In this document: piece by piece, positions 28,459 to 38,161 of the stretch
Numbering within the stretch: the stretch's first letter is position 1
Layout of the letters: every line of letters starts with the position of its first letter
Origin: an uncultured Flavobacteriales bacterium
GTDB lineage: Bacteria; Bacteroidota; Bacteroidia; Flavobacteriales_D; Sanyastnellaceae
Assembly (NCBI GenBank): GCA_938074325.1
Contig: CALJFZ010000029.1
Span: 12,292-76,291 of the forward strand
Direction of reading: 5' to 3'
Length of the DNA: 64,000 bases
Made by a program: the position numbers and the translations under genes
The notes under the pieces: generated by a model
The model's input: the letters and a program-made list of their open reading frames with translations, nothing else
The model's database searches: none
What the model was told of the DNA's origin: nothing

Positions 28459-29298
28459 ATGACTCTGCACTCCCCTCACCCCCACTCTTGGTTCAATGAT
28501 TCCGAATGGACTCATGCGCTGGGATTGACCCCGATACCAGCAGGCGGATCGCTTGTCATTGGCAGCGTCAAAGGAGTGCCTGCGTGGCACACACCGCCAT
28601 GGGCTTTGGAAGCAGGATGGCCGGAAAACATCGACATTGATACTTGGCGCAGTGCATTGGAGGAGGCTTCCATCGGGCTCGTTGCCTGCGATCTTCCGGC
28701 TGCGATGGAGTGCGACTGGGGAGCCCCATGGCACGTCCAACAGCGTCATACCCGATGGCTCACGTGCGATGATTCGGGACAATTTCCCCCACTGCCAAAA
28801 CACCGCGCGAAGCAAGCGCGAAAAGCGCTGTCCAAAGGCATTACCATCGAGAACACGTCGGAAGTAAATAAGCTGGTGAATTTGCATCAAATGGCGAGGG
28901 ATCGGAAGTCAATTCCTTCAGACGCCCAAGCGTTGGAACGGCTGTTCAAGTGGATGGTCCAATCGCCACACCAAACAAGTTACATCGCCCGCGATGGTGA
29001 TGGCGTTCCCGCAGCAAGCGCCACATTTTTGCACAACGCAGGACGGACGGTTTATGCCTTTGGTGGTCAGAAGCGGTCATCCGTTTCTGGACTAGCCACG
29101 GTCTTGTTGATTGAGCAAGGCATTCGTGACGCAGCGGCCATTGGCAATCGGATCTTCGATTTCGGCGGTTCTTCTGATCCAGGTGTGGATCGGTTTTATG
29201 CGGAGTTCGGCGCCGAAAAAGTACCGAGGCAGCGTGCAGTGCGCATGGCGTGGTGGGCTCGGCCGTGGTTGCGCTTGATGCGCCCGGACTTGTTCTGA
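28459..29298 (+). CDS. GNAT-fold acyltransferase, FemAB/BioF2-like
   Basis: C-terminal half ASATFLHNAGRTVYAFGGQ...ATVLLIEQGIRDAAAIGNRIFDFGGS...GVDRFYAEFGAE resembles FemAB-like GNAT proteins. Confidence 0.55.
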   Translation: MTLHSPHPHSWFNDSEWTHALGLTPIPAGGSLVIGSVKGVPAWHTPPWALEAGWPENIDIDTWRSALEEASIGLVACDLPAAMECDWGAPWHVQQRHTRWLTCDDSGQFPPLPKHRAKQARKALSKGITIENTSEVNKLVNLHQMARDRKSIPSDAQALERLFKWMVQSPHQTSYIARDGDGVPAASATFLHNAGRTVYAFGGQKRSSVSGLATVLLIEQGIRDAAAIGNRIFDFGGSSDPGVDRFYAEFGAEKVPRQRAVRMAWWARPWLRLMRPDLF

Positions 29299-29306
29299 CG
29301 TGGGGG

Positions 29307-31541
29307 TTAGCGCACGACCGTAACAGGGCCAGTGTGCTGGAAGGGGTCCGTGTCGCACACGTGATGGGCATGGAAAATGACGTAGTAGGTACCCTCGCTG
29401 ATTTCAGGGCCTGGCCTCCACCCTTTTCCGGCTTGACTTGTCGCAAACAATTGATTGCCCCAGCGATTGAAAACCTGTAAGTTGTATTGAGTGAACTGCC
29501 CTGGATCAAGCACAGCCAAAGGCTCTCCATCCGGTCCGATCAGGGCTGCTGTCAAGACATCATTCTTCGCGTCATTATTGGCCGAAATCACATTTGGCAC
29601 AACGTAATCAATGCCCAACATGGGCGGCGGCACCTCCGCAACCACCTCCCACGTAGCTTCGATGTCGCAATACGCATTGTACAGGGTAATGGAACCCGTG
29701 AACTCGCCTTCACCAGGGAAATACGTCTCGACCGTTGGCTCGTTTGAGGTGACGATGCCCGGAAAATCCCACGTGATTTCATCTGCACCTTGTCCTAAGT
29801 ACTGCAACAAGGTGAAACCCGTTTCTTCGCACATCGAGAGCGGCTGTACAGTCCAAACCGTATCGAAGGGCAGCACCGGGAGCACAGTCACCTCTTGCAT
29901 TTGGGTATCCGGACATTCTGTTCCAGCACCTGCAGTTAACGTGACTCCGTAGGTACCATAGGCCGGATACGTGAACGATGGGCTTGCCTCAGCGTTGGGT
30001 AAACCGGCGCCACCTCCAAAATCCCATGAAAACGGCCCGCTCTCCGGAGAGAGGTTTTCGAAACTTACCTCAAGGCCTGAGCATGGCTCGGAAACCACTA
30101 CAAAAGAAGCTTCCGGTAATGGCGGAAGGTCAAAGGCTATAGAAGCATTGTTCTGGCATCCAAAAGCATCTGATTCCAGGGTCACGAAAATACTTTCATC
30201 TTGGGGAAACCAGACTTCGCTAGGGTGCTGATTGTTCAACTGAGCAGGCATGGAATTGCCCCCAAAATCCCATTGGTAATCGATGTAGTCCGTCCACGCG
30301 GAAGTATCCAACACCAGCTGGCCCGACCAACCCCCGTCGGCACAACTCAAATCAATGACATCAAACTCGGTATCCCACGGATCGTGCGCAATCACTTCAA
30401 AAAAGAGCGAATCAGCGCATGTGCCCGTTTCAAAGTACAAACTCACATCGTAGACACCGGGTTCGTCGTAGGTAAACGTAGGCTCCGCTTCAATGCTCAC
30501 ATCATCGACCGTGCCTTCCACGCCAAAGTCCCACGTGTAGGACTCGCTGGGGTTCGAAAACTGCTCGAACGTCGCCGTCATGCCGGTGCACGGCTCCGGG
30601 GCGTCGTAACCGGGCGACAAGATGTTGCACGTCACCACGTCCAAAGTGAAGTCCCGTAAGATGGATCCGATGGGCAACCCGTTACGCCATTCCGTCACAC
30701 AAATACCCAAGGCGAACTTCCCGACCAGGTTGGGCGTACCGGTCAACACTCCCGTGACAGGGTTGATGTCCAATCCCGCTAGCGCACCCAATGGATCTGG
30801 GGCGTTGAAACCGTTGGCCCACCCCACATCCGTAAACGGCGGACCTGTTGGCGGGTTGGGAATGGGCGACAGGTAGGTCCCTCCCAGGTAGATCGAACAC
30901 AGCGAATAGCTCAAGGAATCACCGTCTGCATCCTCAGCACCGTTGTTTAATTGAAACGGGTAGTTGTTGCAGACGAACGCCTGCGGCAACTCTGAAAATT
31001 CAGGCGACGAATTCGGATTGCTCAGGGTGGTGCTAGCGGGAATGGTCGTCGTCAAGGTGAAGCCTTGATCTTGTGGGTTGTCCAAATTGGTGATGGCCGG
31101 GGACCGACAGCAACGCTGATGGACCAACGTATAGGGCTGCTGACTCGGGTCTAGTGCGACATTCACAATGTACTCTGCCCGCTCGATGCACAGGTCTTCC
31201 GGTAAGAATGCGCAGTTATTTGGGTTTTGGGGAATGACATCGGTGACCAAACTGAAATCCAAATTCCCAGATACAGTAGTAATCAGGCTTGTGCCTTGGT
31301 AGACTCCGATTGCCGCTGTGAGGTCGAAGCCCGTTCCGTTCGTATTGGCAGAACTGCAATCCCGGTAGATGTAGCAATGCACCTCAAATTCATTTTGTCC
31401 GGCGGCATTCGTCCCCATGTAGACGTACGTCAATTCGCCTCCCACCAAATGGGTTGCCTGAACTCCATTGGTGTGGACCAATCCAGCAGCAAGGGCAAGC
31501 AGATATGTTAGGCGCTTCAACAGGATCATGACAAAGGGCAA
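29307..31541 (-). CDS. large surface adhesin-like protein with PKD-like repeats and gliding-motility-associated C-terminal (CHU_C / T9SS type B) domain
   Basis: Signal peptide. N-terminal HLVGGELTYVY module. Repeats of the form FxxxGxYxVxL (EPGVYDVSLYF, AYGTYGVTLTA). C-terminus VPNVISANNDAKNDVL...VFNRWGNQLF...GTYYVIFHA. Confidence 0.75.
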   Translation of the reverse strand: MPFVMILLKRLTYLLALAAGLVHTNGVQATHLVGGELTYVYMGTNAAGQNEFEVHCYIYRDCSSANTNGTGFDLTAAIGVYQGTSLITTVSGNLDFSLVTDVIPQNPNNCAFLPEDLCIERAEYIVNVALDPSQQPYTLVHQRCCRSPAITNLDNPQDQGFTLTTTIPASTTLSNPNSSPEFSELPQAFVCNNYPFQLNNGAEDADGDSLSYSLCSIYLGGTYLSPIPNPPTGPPFTDVGWANGFNAPDPLGALAGLDINPVTGVLTGTPNLVGKFALGICVTEWRNGLPIGSILRDFTLDVVTCNILSPGYDAPEPCTGMTATFEQFSNPSESYTWDFGVEGTVDDVSIEAEPTFTYDEPGVYDVSLYFETGTCADSLFFEVIAHDPWDTEFDVIDLSCADGGWSGQLVLDTSAWTDYIDYQWDFGGNSMPAQLNNQHPSEVWFPQDESIFVTLESDAFGCQNNASIAFDLPPLPEASFVVVSEPCSGLEVSFENLSPESGPFSWDFGGGAGLPNAEASPSFTYPAYGTYGVTLTAGAGTECPDTQMQEVTVLPVLPFDTVWTVQPLSMCEETGFTLLQYLGQGADEITWDFPGIVTSNEPTVETYFPGEGEFTGSITLYNAYCDIEATWEVVAEVPPPMLGIDYVVPNVISANNDAKNDVLTAALIGPDGEPLAVLDPGQFTQYNLQVFNRWGNQLFATSQAGKGWRPGPEISEGTYYVIFHAHHVCDTDPFQHTGPVTVVR

Positions 31542-31604
31542 CCACGCCTTTTAAAGCGCAGTACTCAGCAATGTACAACATTGCTTGGGATGACCGAAAG
31601 CGAA

Positions 31605-31612
31605 TACCTTTG
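31605..31612 (+). promoter_or_regulatory. -7 box for the GWxTD-GT2 operon (leaderless)
   Basis: Exact match TACCTTTG, 4 nt before ATG 31617. Confidence 0.55.
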
Positions 31613-31616
31613 TACC

Positions 31617-33104
31617 ATGTTGCACTGGACGCGTTCTATCATTCGATTATTTGGGCTGCTCGGGCTCGTTGTTGCCTCAGATACTCAGGGTCAAAGCCCG
31701 ATTTCGTGCGACGTCCTTCGATTCCCTGGAACGGGAACCGCCTTCTTGGAGGTCCAAGTAGATTTTGACAGCCGACTCTTCGCAGCATCCAAAGAGGAAG
31801 ACGGCTGGAGCACGCATGTTCAGCTTGAAGCAGTTGTAGAATCGGCACAGGGGATTGTCAACTATGGCAAGACAAATATCACTGGTCCACTTGCAGCGGA
31901 TTCTACCCAAGCCGTTAACGGACGGCAACTTCACCTGGAACGTATTTCGGTACCTGGCGGGACATACAATGTTCAAATCACGCTTCGCGACGTCTCAGGC
32001 AACAGCACGTTTTCCGAGTCGACGTCGATTCCCGTTCAATTCTTCGACACCGAATCGCCCAGCTTTTCGGATCCTTTTGTGGTAGAAGCCTTTGCCCCTT
32101 CCATTGAAGGCCAGCCCTCCATGCTTTCGCGCTCAGGTTATGAAATGTTGCCCCTGGTTCCTGCTGAACTCTCTACCGAAGCGAGCAAACTTCAATTCTA
32201 CACGGAATTGTATCGGGTCAATGAAGTTGTCGATTCGTTGTTCCTGCTGCAATGCTGGCTGGAGGACGAGTCGGGGCTCGTGATTCCCTCCACACGGAGG
32301 TTTTTCCGAAAGAACGCCGCCCCAACACTGCCTGTATTCACCTCCCTTCCACTGGAAAACGTACGGGAAACACAAAGGGCCAGTTTGGTCATCCAGGCAT
32401 TGACACGCGAGAATGAATTGATCGCAGAAAATCGATTGCCTCTCCAATTCGTTGAACCCAATTCAGCGCTTGCACTGGCTGATTTTGGCAGTCAGCTGCC
32501 TGCCTACCTAGCTGCATTCACGGATTCCTTGACGCTTTTTCAACACATTCGCGATCACCACCCCAAGGCCGACGCATCCCAACGCAAGACCATCGATGGC
32601 TTTCTCGAAACGGCGACTGTAGCGCAAATGCAGGCCTTTTTGGCTTACTTCTGGGAAGAGCAGGCACCTAATGATCCAGAGGCGGGGTGGCGCACATACA
32701 CGACTGCCATCGCTTACGCCGATTCCGCGTACGGCGCCTGCCGACAAGGACATGGAGCCGAAACAGACATGGGCTACATCTACCTCCGGTACGGACCTCC
32801 GAATACCATTGTGAAGCGACACAACGAAACCGACTACTACCCTTACGAGATTTGGCATTACCATCGAGCGGGGCCTTTCACCAACAAACGGTTCCTGTTC
32901 TTTTCACCGCACATGGTGGCTGAGTGCTTCACATTGCTGCATTCCGATATGCTGGGCGAAGTGTCCAACACCGACTGGCTGCAAATTTTAAGAAGCCGCG
33001 AAAATCCTTTGCGGGTCACAAGCAGCCAACTGAACCGACTGAATCCACGACGCGACACGTTCTCGGGAGAAGAACCTGAGGATCTCTTTTTCAATCCCAG
33101 ATGA
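31617..33104 (+). CDS. GWxTD domain-containing protein
   Basis: EAGWRTYTTAIAYADSAYG...TDMGYIYLRYGPPNTI...YPYEIWHY matches the GWxTD signature. Start set at ATG 31617, 4 nt after a -7 box. Confidence 0.75.
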   Translation: MLHWTRSIIRLFGLLGLVVASDTQGQSPISCDVLRFPGTGTAFLEVQVDFDSRLFAASKEEDGWSTHVQLEAVVESAQGIVNYGKTNITGPLAADSTQAVNGRQLHLERISVPGGTYNVQITLRDVSGNSTFSESTSIPVQFFDTESPSFSDPFVVEAFAPSIEGQPSMLSRSGYEMLPLVPAELSTEASKLQFYTELYRVNEVVDSLFLLQCWLEDESGLVIPSTRRFFRKNAAPTLPVFTSLPLENVRETQRASLVIQALTRENELIAENRLPLQFVEPNSALALADFGSQLPAYLAAFTDSLTLFQHIRDHHPKADASQRKTIDGFLETATVAQMQAFLAYFWEEQAPNDPEAGWRTYTTAIAYADSAYGACRQGHGAETDMGYIYLRYGPPNTIVKRHNETDYYPYEIWHYHRAGPFTNKRFLFFSPHMVAECFTLLHSDMLGEVSNTDWLQILRSRENPLRVTSSQLNRLNPRRDTFSGEEPEDLFFNPR

Positions 33105-34168
33105 CTTCGAACACTTCCCACCGTGTAGCCGTCGTCATACTCAATTGGAACGGTCAACAGCACCTTGCCACCTACCTTCCTTCAGTTGTTGAACACTCAA
33201 CGGGTGCTGATGTGGTGGTGATTGACAACGGAAGCACCGATGACTCCGTGGATTGGCTCCGAAAGGATCATCCCAATGTGCGCATCATCACCTTGGAAGA
33301 AAACCTCGGTTTCGCCGGTGGATACAACGAAGGATTGAAGCAGGTGGAAGCGGACATTTTTGTCTTGTTAAACAGCGACGTTCGCGTCACTCCCAACTGG
33401 ATTGCCCCTGTCCTTGAGGCCATGCAATCCGAGGGATACGTAGCTTGCCAACCGCTAATCCGCAACGAATCAGACCCGGACCTCTTTGAGTACGCCGGGG
33501 CTGCCGGCGGGCACATCGATAAAAACGGTTTCACCTTTTGTGCTGGCCGAATCTTTGAAGTCTTCGAGAGCGACGAAGGTCAGTACAGCCAAAACAGAGA
33601 AGTTTTTTGGGCTTCGGGCGCATCGCTTTTCATTCAAGCTGATGCTTGGAAGGAAGTGGGTGGCTTGGACAGCGATTTTTTCGCGCACATGGAAGAAATC
33701 GACTTGTGTTGGCGCCTAAAAAACAGGGGCCACAAAGTGGGGGTTTGCGGAGGTTCCGTGGTGTACCATTTGGGCGGGGGAACGCTGCAAAAAATCAGCC
33801 CGTTCAAATCCTATCTCAATTTCAGAAACAACTTGTATTTGCTGGTCAAGAACGACCACAAAAAAGCGTTGTATCCCATGGTATTTCGGCGTATGGTGCT
33901 CGATGGGATTGCGGCCTTGAAATTTCTATTGGAAGGGTCAACGTCACTGTTTGGGGCTGTTTGGAAAGCACACCGCGATTTTCGCGGCAATTTCAAAACG
34001 ATGAAAGAACGCCGTTCCCACGAAATCCAAGCATGTAAAAACACTGCCTCACAGGTGCCCTACAACGAAGCTGGACGCTACCAGGGCAGCATCATTGTGG
34101 ACTATTTCCTGCGTGGAAAGCAAACGTTCGATCAATTGAACCAAGAGCAATTCATCCGCCGCAGGTAA
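33101..34168 (+). CDS. family 2 glycosyltransferase
   Basis: VAVVILNWNGQQHL, VIDNGSTDDS, FVLLNSDV and EEIDLCWR. The start overlaps the GWxTD gene stop (ATGA). Confidence 0.82.
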   Translation: MTSNTSHRVAVVILNWNGQQHLATYLPSVVEHSTGADVVVIDNGSTDDSVDWLRKDHPNVRIITLEENLGFAGGYNEGLKQVEADIFVLLNSDVRVTPNWIAPVLEAMQSEGYVACQPLIRNESDPDLFEYAGAAGGHIDKNGFTFCAGRIFEVFESDEGQYSQNREVFWASGASLFIQADAWKEVGGLDSDFFAHMEEIDLCWRLKNRGHKVGVCGGSVVYHLGGGTLQKISPFKSYLNFRNNLYLLVKNDHKKALYPMVFRRMVLDGIAALKFLLEGSTSLFGAVWKAHRDFRGNFKTMKERRSHEIQACKNTASQVPYNEAGRYQGSIIVDYFLRGKQTFDQLNQEQFIRRR

Positions 34169-34231
34169 AGAAGCTGGCCGCACTGATAATTTCATCCCTC
34201 AACCAAGGCAGCCACCGGTGAATTTCGCCGA

Positions 34232-36028
34232 GTGAACTCCTACCAACCAGTCGCAACGCCGCTCATGCCGATGGTGGCTTTGCTTTGGGCAGGATGCATG
34301 CAGCACTGGGTAATTGCAGGTCTCGGGGTCTTTTGCGCATGCTTGGGTTTTCGGCGACGACCGATGCAACAAACGTTGGCTTTGGCCATGGTGTTGACGG
34401 GTTGGGTGGCCCAAAGCCTGTACATCCACTACCACCCCCATTTGACAGTGCCGCTGACCAATCATTGGTCATGCCAACCCGCCCCGAGCCGCAGCGCAAT
34501 CCAATTGTTGGAATGCAGGAACGAAGACGCGCTCACTTATGTCGTGGAATGGAAAGAAAAAGAGCATCCAGCCCCACAACCATTCGTTGGGACATTGTGG
34601 CCGCTTCGATCATCGCATCCATCGCTGGTGAGGTGGAAACGCAGGCATGGTATTGAAGGAGTGCTTCGTCCTACAGTCGATTTTTGCCCTTCGGCCGCAT
34701 CACCGAACACCCCGAATGACGCGAAAGCCTGGCTTTGGCATCGGCTTCAAAATCACTTTTCAGGGGAGGTGCCTGGTTTGCTGTTTGCCATAACAAGTGG
34801 GGATAAACAACACCTGACTAAATCGCTCAAACAAACGCTCAACCATGCCGGTCTGTCGCACCTCATGGCGGTCAGTGGCTACCATGTCGGACTGGTCGCC
34901 AGTTTGGCGGTTTTCCTATTGAGACGCCGCAAACAAGGGCTCCGCTGGTTAGGGGGCATCGGGTTGTTCGGGGCCTGGGCCTTCATTGCATTCTGCGGCT
35001 GGCCTGATTCGGCCGTACGCGCTGGTGCGATGCTCACTTTCTTTGGTATTTCTCAGATCTCACGTTCCAATCAGCCGGCGGAACATGCATTGGCATTGGC
35101 AGGTTGGTGGATGTTATTGTGTGACCCTGCCCGATCGGTTGATTTGGGAATGCAGTTGAGCTTCTTGGCAGTGCTTGCCATTCTTACCACCATTCGGGTG
35201 CTTCAACGATGCGGCAAGTCAAATCCCGTCTGGATGTACCTACTCATCCCAATCAGTGCACAATGGGGCACCGGACTGGTGGCCTGGCCGCAATTTCAAT
35301 TGTTCCCAGTGCATTTTCTATGGTTCAACTTATTGGCCCCACCCATGATGATGGTGATTGGAATGATGATTGCCACCATGCTTATTTGCGAGGCCGTACT
35401 CGGCACCTCTTGTTGGATGGAACCCGCGACGCACGCCCTCGATCGTGCCCTCCTGTGGGTGTTGGAGGGAATGAAGCACTTGCAAGGGCCCGGTTGGACC
35501 TTGAACTTGGAACGGGCCGACCCCGAATTGTTGGTAGCGTTCAGCTTGTTGTTCTGGGCTGGCGGGCTTTCGTTAGTCCATGCGAGAATCGAGCTCTGGC
35601 GTGCCTTCCGGTGCATCGGAGCCGGTATTGCCTGCATTGTACCTCTGCTCGCATGGCAGTTAGAGCACCGAATCCAATTGTCGTATCGTTACGGCATGGT
35701 GTTGCAAGGGGAAAGAAAGGCGGGAGTTATTTGGACTGAAAACAAGCGCGACAGCGCTGCAATCGCTCGAAAAAGGGCCAGAGCCAATGATGCGCCCGGA
35801 ATGTCCCATGTGCTGTCGAATGGAATTTACCAGAAGGCATCAACCGGTGATTGGATGCTGTCCTTCCAAACGGGTTCAGGCATTGGGCAACAAAAAAACC
35901 GCCCGATCGCTTGGAAACGAACGGGCGGCTCTAAAATGCGTTTTGTTCTTGAATCGGATACCGTTGAACTCGAACAATGGGCAGAAGCTTCCGTGTTGGA
36001 CCTCAGTTCAAATGAAGGAGGTTGGTGA
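34232..36028 (+). CDS. comEC: ComEC/Rec2-family competence channel protein (no C-terminal metallo-beta-lactamase domain)
   Basis: Polytopic protein with the competence-domain motif AGLSHLMAVSGYHVGL. GTG start. ~100-aa soluble C-terminal extension. Confidence 0.75.
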   Translation: MNSYQPVATPLMPMVALLWAGCMQHWVIAGLGVFCACLGFRRRPMQQTLALAMVLTGWVAQSLYIHYHPHLTVPLTNHWSCQPAPSRSAIQLLECRNEDALTYVVEWKEKEHPAPQPFVGTLWPLRSSHPSLVRWKRRHGIEGVLRPTVDFCPSAASPNTPNDAKAWLWHRLQNHFSGEVPGLLFAITSGDKQHLTKSLKQTLNHAGLSHLMAVSGYHVGLVASLAVFLLRRRKQGLRWLGGIGLFGAWAFIAFCGWPDSAVRAGAMLTFFGISQISRSNQPAEHALALAGWWMLLCDPARSVDLGMQLSFLAVLAILTTIRVLQRCGKSNPVWMYLLIPISAQWGTGLVAWPQFQLFPVHFLWFNLLAPPMMMVIGMMIATMLICEAVLGTSCWMEPATHALDRALLWVLEGMKHLQGPGWTLNLERADPELLVAFSLLFWAGGLSLVHARIELWRAFRCIGAGIACIVPLLAWQLEHRIQLSYRYGMVLQGERKAGVIWTENKRDSAAIARKRARANDAPGMSHVLSNGIYQKASTGDWMLSFQTGSGIGQQKNRPIAWKRTGGSKMRFVLESDTVELEQWAEASVLDLSSNEGGW

Positions 36029-36257
36029 TGACTTGATCGACATAGCCCTCCCATTCCGGCAAATCTGCTATGGGCAGGATGGCATTGACGCGGTTGTTAC
36101 GTCGGCTGTAAATGGCCTCAACGTAGAAGCCGTTCAACTCGAAGATGCACAGGATGTATCGGTTTTCCACGATGCGTTGTGCCAAGCACACCCCATGATC
36201 CCACATATAATTTGTTTTCTCGTCGAGGGGAAGTCGGTTGAAAGCTGTCAAGTCCAT
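36003..36257 (-). CDS. small conserved hypothetical protein (84 aa)
   Basis: ORF MDLTAFNRLPLDEKTNYMWDHG... with sensible composition. Its 3' end overlaps the comEC 3' end by 26 nt. No motif recognised. Confidence 0.4.
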   Translation of the reverse strand: MDLTAFNRLPLDEKTNYMWDHGVCLAQRIVENRYILCIFELNGFYVEAIYSRRNNRVNAILPIADLPEWEGYVDQVITNLLHLN

Positions 36258-36333
36258 TTTGGTATATACTAGAGGTAAATTCGTAGGCACTCTTACGGCA
36301 TTCACCGAAAAAAGGTTGCGAGTTGAATTCGAT

Positions 36334-36341
36334 TAACTTTG
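36334..36341 (+). promoter_or_regulatory. -7 box for HMG-CoA lyase (leaderless)
   Basis: Exact match TAACTTTG, 4 nt before ATG 36346. Confidence 0.55.
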
Positions 36342-36345
36342 ATTC

Positions 36346-37209
36346 ATGACTTCTGTTCAGCTCATCGAGTGCCCACGTGATGCAATCCAAGGCTGGCCAG
36401 TTCCCGTTTCGACAGCCGATAAAATCGCTTACTACAAGGCGCTGCTCGATGTGGGGTTCCACACATTGGATATAGGCAGTTTTGTTTCGCATAAAGCGGT
36501 ACCCCAGATGAAAGACACCCGCGCCGTCCTAAACGCATTGGACGACGAAGGGAAATTCGAATGCGACACCCGCGTACTGGTCATCACAGCCAACGCAAGA
36601 GGAGCAAAAGATGCCGTGGCCGCGCCGGGCGTTACCCACATTGGTTTTCCCCTGAGCATCTCAAACACATTCCAACTGCGCAACACTGGCGCAGACATTG
36701 AACGTGCTTGGGAACGTCTACAGGCGATTCGCGCCATCGCAGAAAGCGGCCAAATGAAATTGGTTGTGTACTTAAGTATGGGATTCGGAAATCCTTATGG
36801 CGACGCCTGGAGTACAGGATTGATTCAAGAATGGGTGGGGAAGCTGGACGAGCACATCGCGCCCGAAGTCATAGCCTTGAGCGATACCATTGGCAATGCA
36901 TCGGCCAATTTGGTCAACGAGGTATTTACCGAAACACTTGCCCAAGCTCCCAAAGCCATGATCGGCGCTCACTTGCATGCAGGGCCATTGGATGCCAAAT
37001 CAAAAATTCAAGCTGCCTGGGACGCAGGATGCCGAAGGTTCGATGGGGCATTAGGAGGCGTTGGGGGCTGCCCCATGGCACAAGACGACTTGATCGGCAA
37101 CCTGCCCACAGAAAGGTTGGTTGAATTTCTAAAATTAAAGGCAGGACTGCAGCTGAATGAACGTGCTTGGAACCAAGCCCAAAGCTTCGCTGTCGATTTG
37201 TTTCAATGA
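36346..37209 (+). CDS. hydroxymethylglutaryl-CoA lyase
   Basis: IECPRDAIQG, GFGNPYGD, LSDTIG and HLHAG follow the HMGL-like TIM-barrel pattern. Confidence 0.82.
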   Translation: MTSVQLIECPRDAIQGWPVPVSTADKIAYYKALLDVGFHTLDIGSFVSHKAVPQMKDTRAVLNALDDEGKFECDTRVLVITANARGAKDAVAAPGVTHIGFPLSISNTFQLRNTGADIERAWERLQAIRAIAESGQMKLVVYLSMGFGNPYGDAWSTGLIQEWVGKLDEHIAPEVIALSDTIGNASANLVNEVFTETLAQAPKAMIGAHLHAGPLDAKSKIQAAWDAGCRRFDGALGGVGGCPMAQDDLIGNLPTERLVEFLKLKAGLQLNERAWNQAQSFAVDLFQ

Positions 37210-37384
37210 AAAATGCCCCAATTTTTCAATTGAGGCAGTATTCAAATAGATTGACGTCAAAGCGGTGACGGTGCAAGTAGATCTGTTCAAACTTGTGGAT
37301 GTCGATGTGGATACGATAGTGTTTCATGAGCGTGGTTAAGTGCTCATTTGTACGTATTCGTCTAGAAAAAGTTTCGTTTTGTCG

Positions 37385-38161
37385 TTAAATTCCCGTCGTG
37401 AGCACTGCCAAGACCAAGCCCGCGATGGTCGCGACCAACTTGTTCCTGTTGAACCGGTGACCGTCCCCTGCCTCGAATAAGATGGTGGTACTGATGTGCA
37501 GGAGAATACCTATCAAGATGCCGCCTGACCAGACAGGAACATTGGCACTCCATGCAGCTCCCGAATGAAGAAGCACATCGTATAGCAACATGCCGATGAT
37601 GGGCATGAGTCCAAAGGTCAACATGGCCAACCACCGATGCGCCCGTTTGATGCCCAATGCGTCCAACATCCCCATCAAGACCAAGGCCACTGGGAACTTA
37701 TGCAATATCAAACCAATCATGAGCGCCATGTCCACACCCTCTATGCCGTGCAAATGCACATGACCGTGGTGATCGTGACCGTGATCATGCCCATGGCCGT
37801 GCTCATCGCCGTGGAGAGGCATCGATTCAATCAATGCGTGCAAGCAGAGGCTCGCAAACATGGCCCATGGCATGCGCGCTGAACCTGTGTGCTCATGATG
37901 ATGCAGGTGGCCGTGTTCAATGCCTTGGGAACCGTATTCCAATATGCCCTGCAGCAAGAACCCCAAAACCACAATCCAACCAACATTGCTACCCATGGCG
38001 TAGGTTTCTGGGACCAAGTGATTGAAAATAAGGCCAATCAAAAAGGCGCCTCCGAATGCCAAAATCAGGCTGAGATGTTCCTTCAGGTAGTTACCGAAAC
38101 GGTCATAAGCACCCGCACCTAAGAGCGCGATCGCCAGCAATATGAGTCCTGCTAACCACAT
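37385..38161 (-). CDS. ZIP-family divalent metal transporter with His-rich loop
   Basis: Polytopic protein. Loop HGDEHGHGHDHGHDHHGHVHLHG. HKFPVALVLMG and LLHISTTILFE are ZIP-like helices. The start overlaps the upstream methyltransferase stop by 10 nt. Confidence 0.75.
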   Translation of the reverse strand: MWLAGLILLAIALLGAGAYDRFGNYLKEHLSLILAFGGAFLIGLIFNHLVPETYAMGSNVGWIVVLGFLLQGILEYGSQGIEHGHLHHHEHTGSARMPWAMFASLCLHALIESMPLHGDEHGHGHDHGHDHHGHVHLHGIEGVDMALMIGLILHKFPVALVLMGMLDALGIKRAHRWLAMLTFGLMPIIGMLLYDVLLHSGAAWSANVPVWSGGILIGILLHISTTILFEAGDGHRFNRNKLVATIAGLVLAVLTTGI

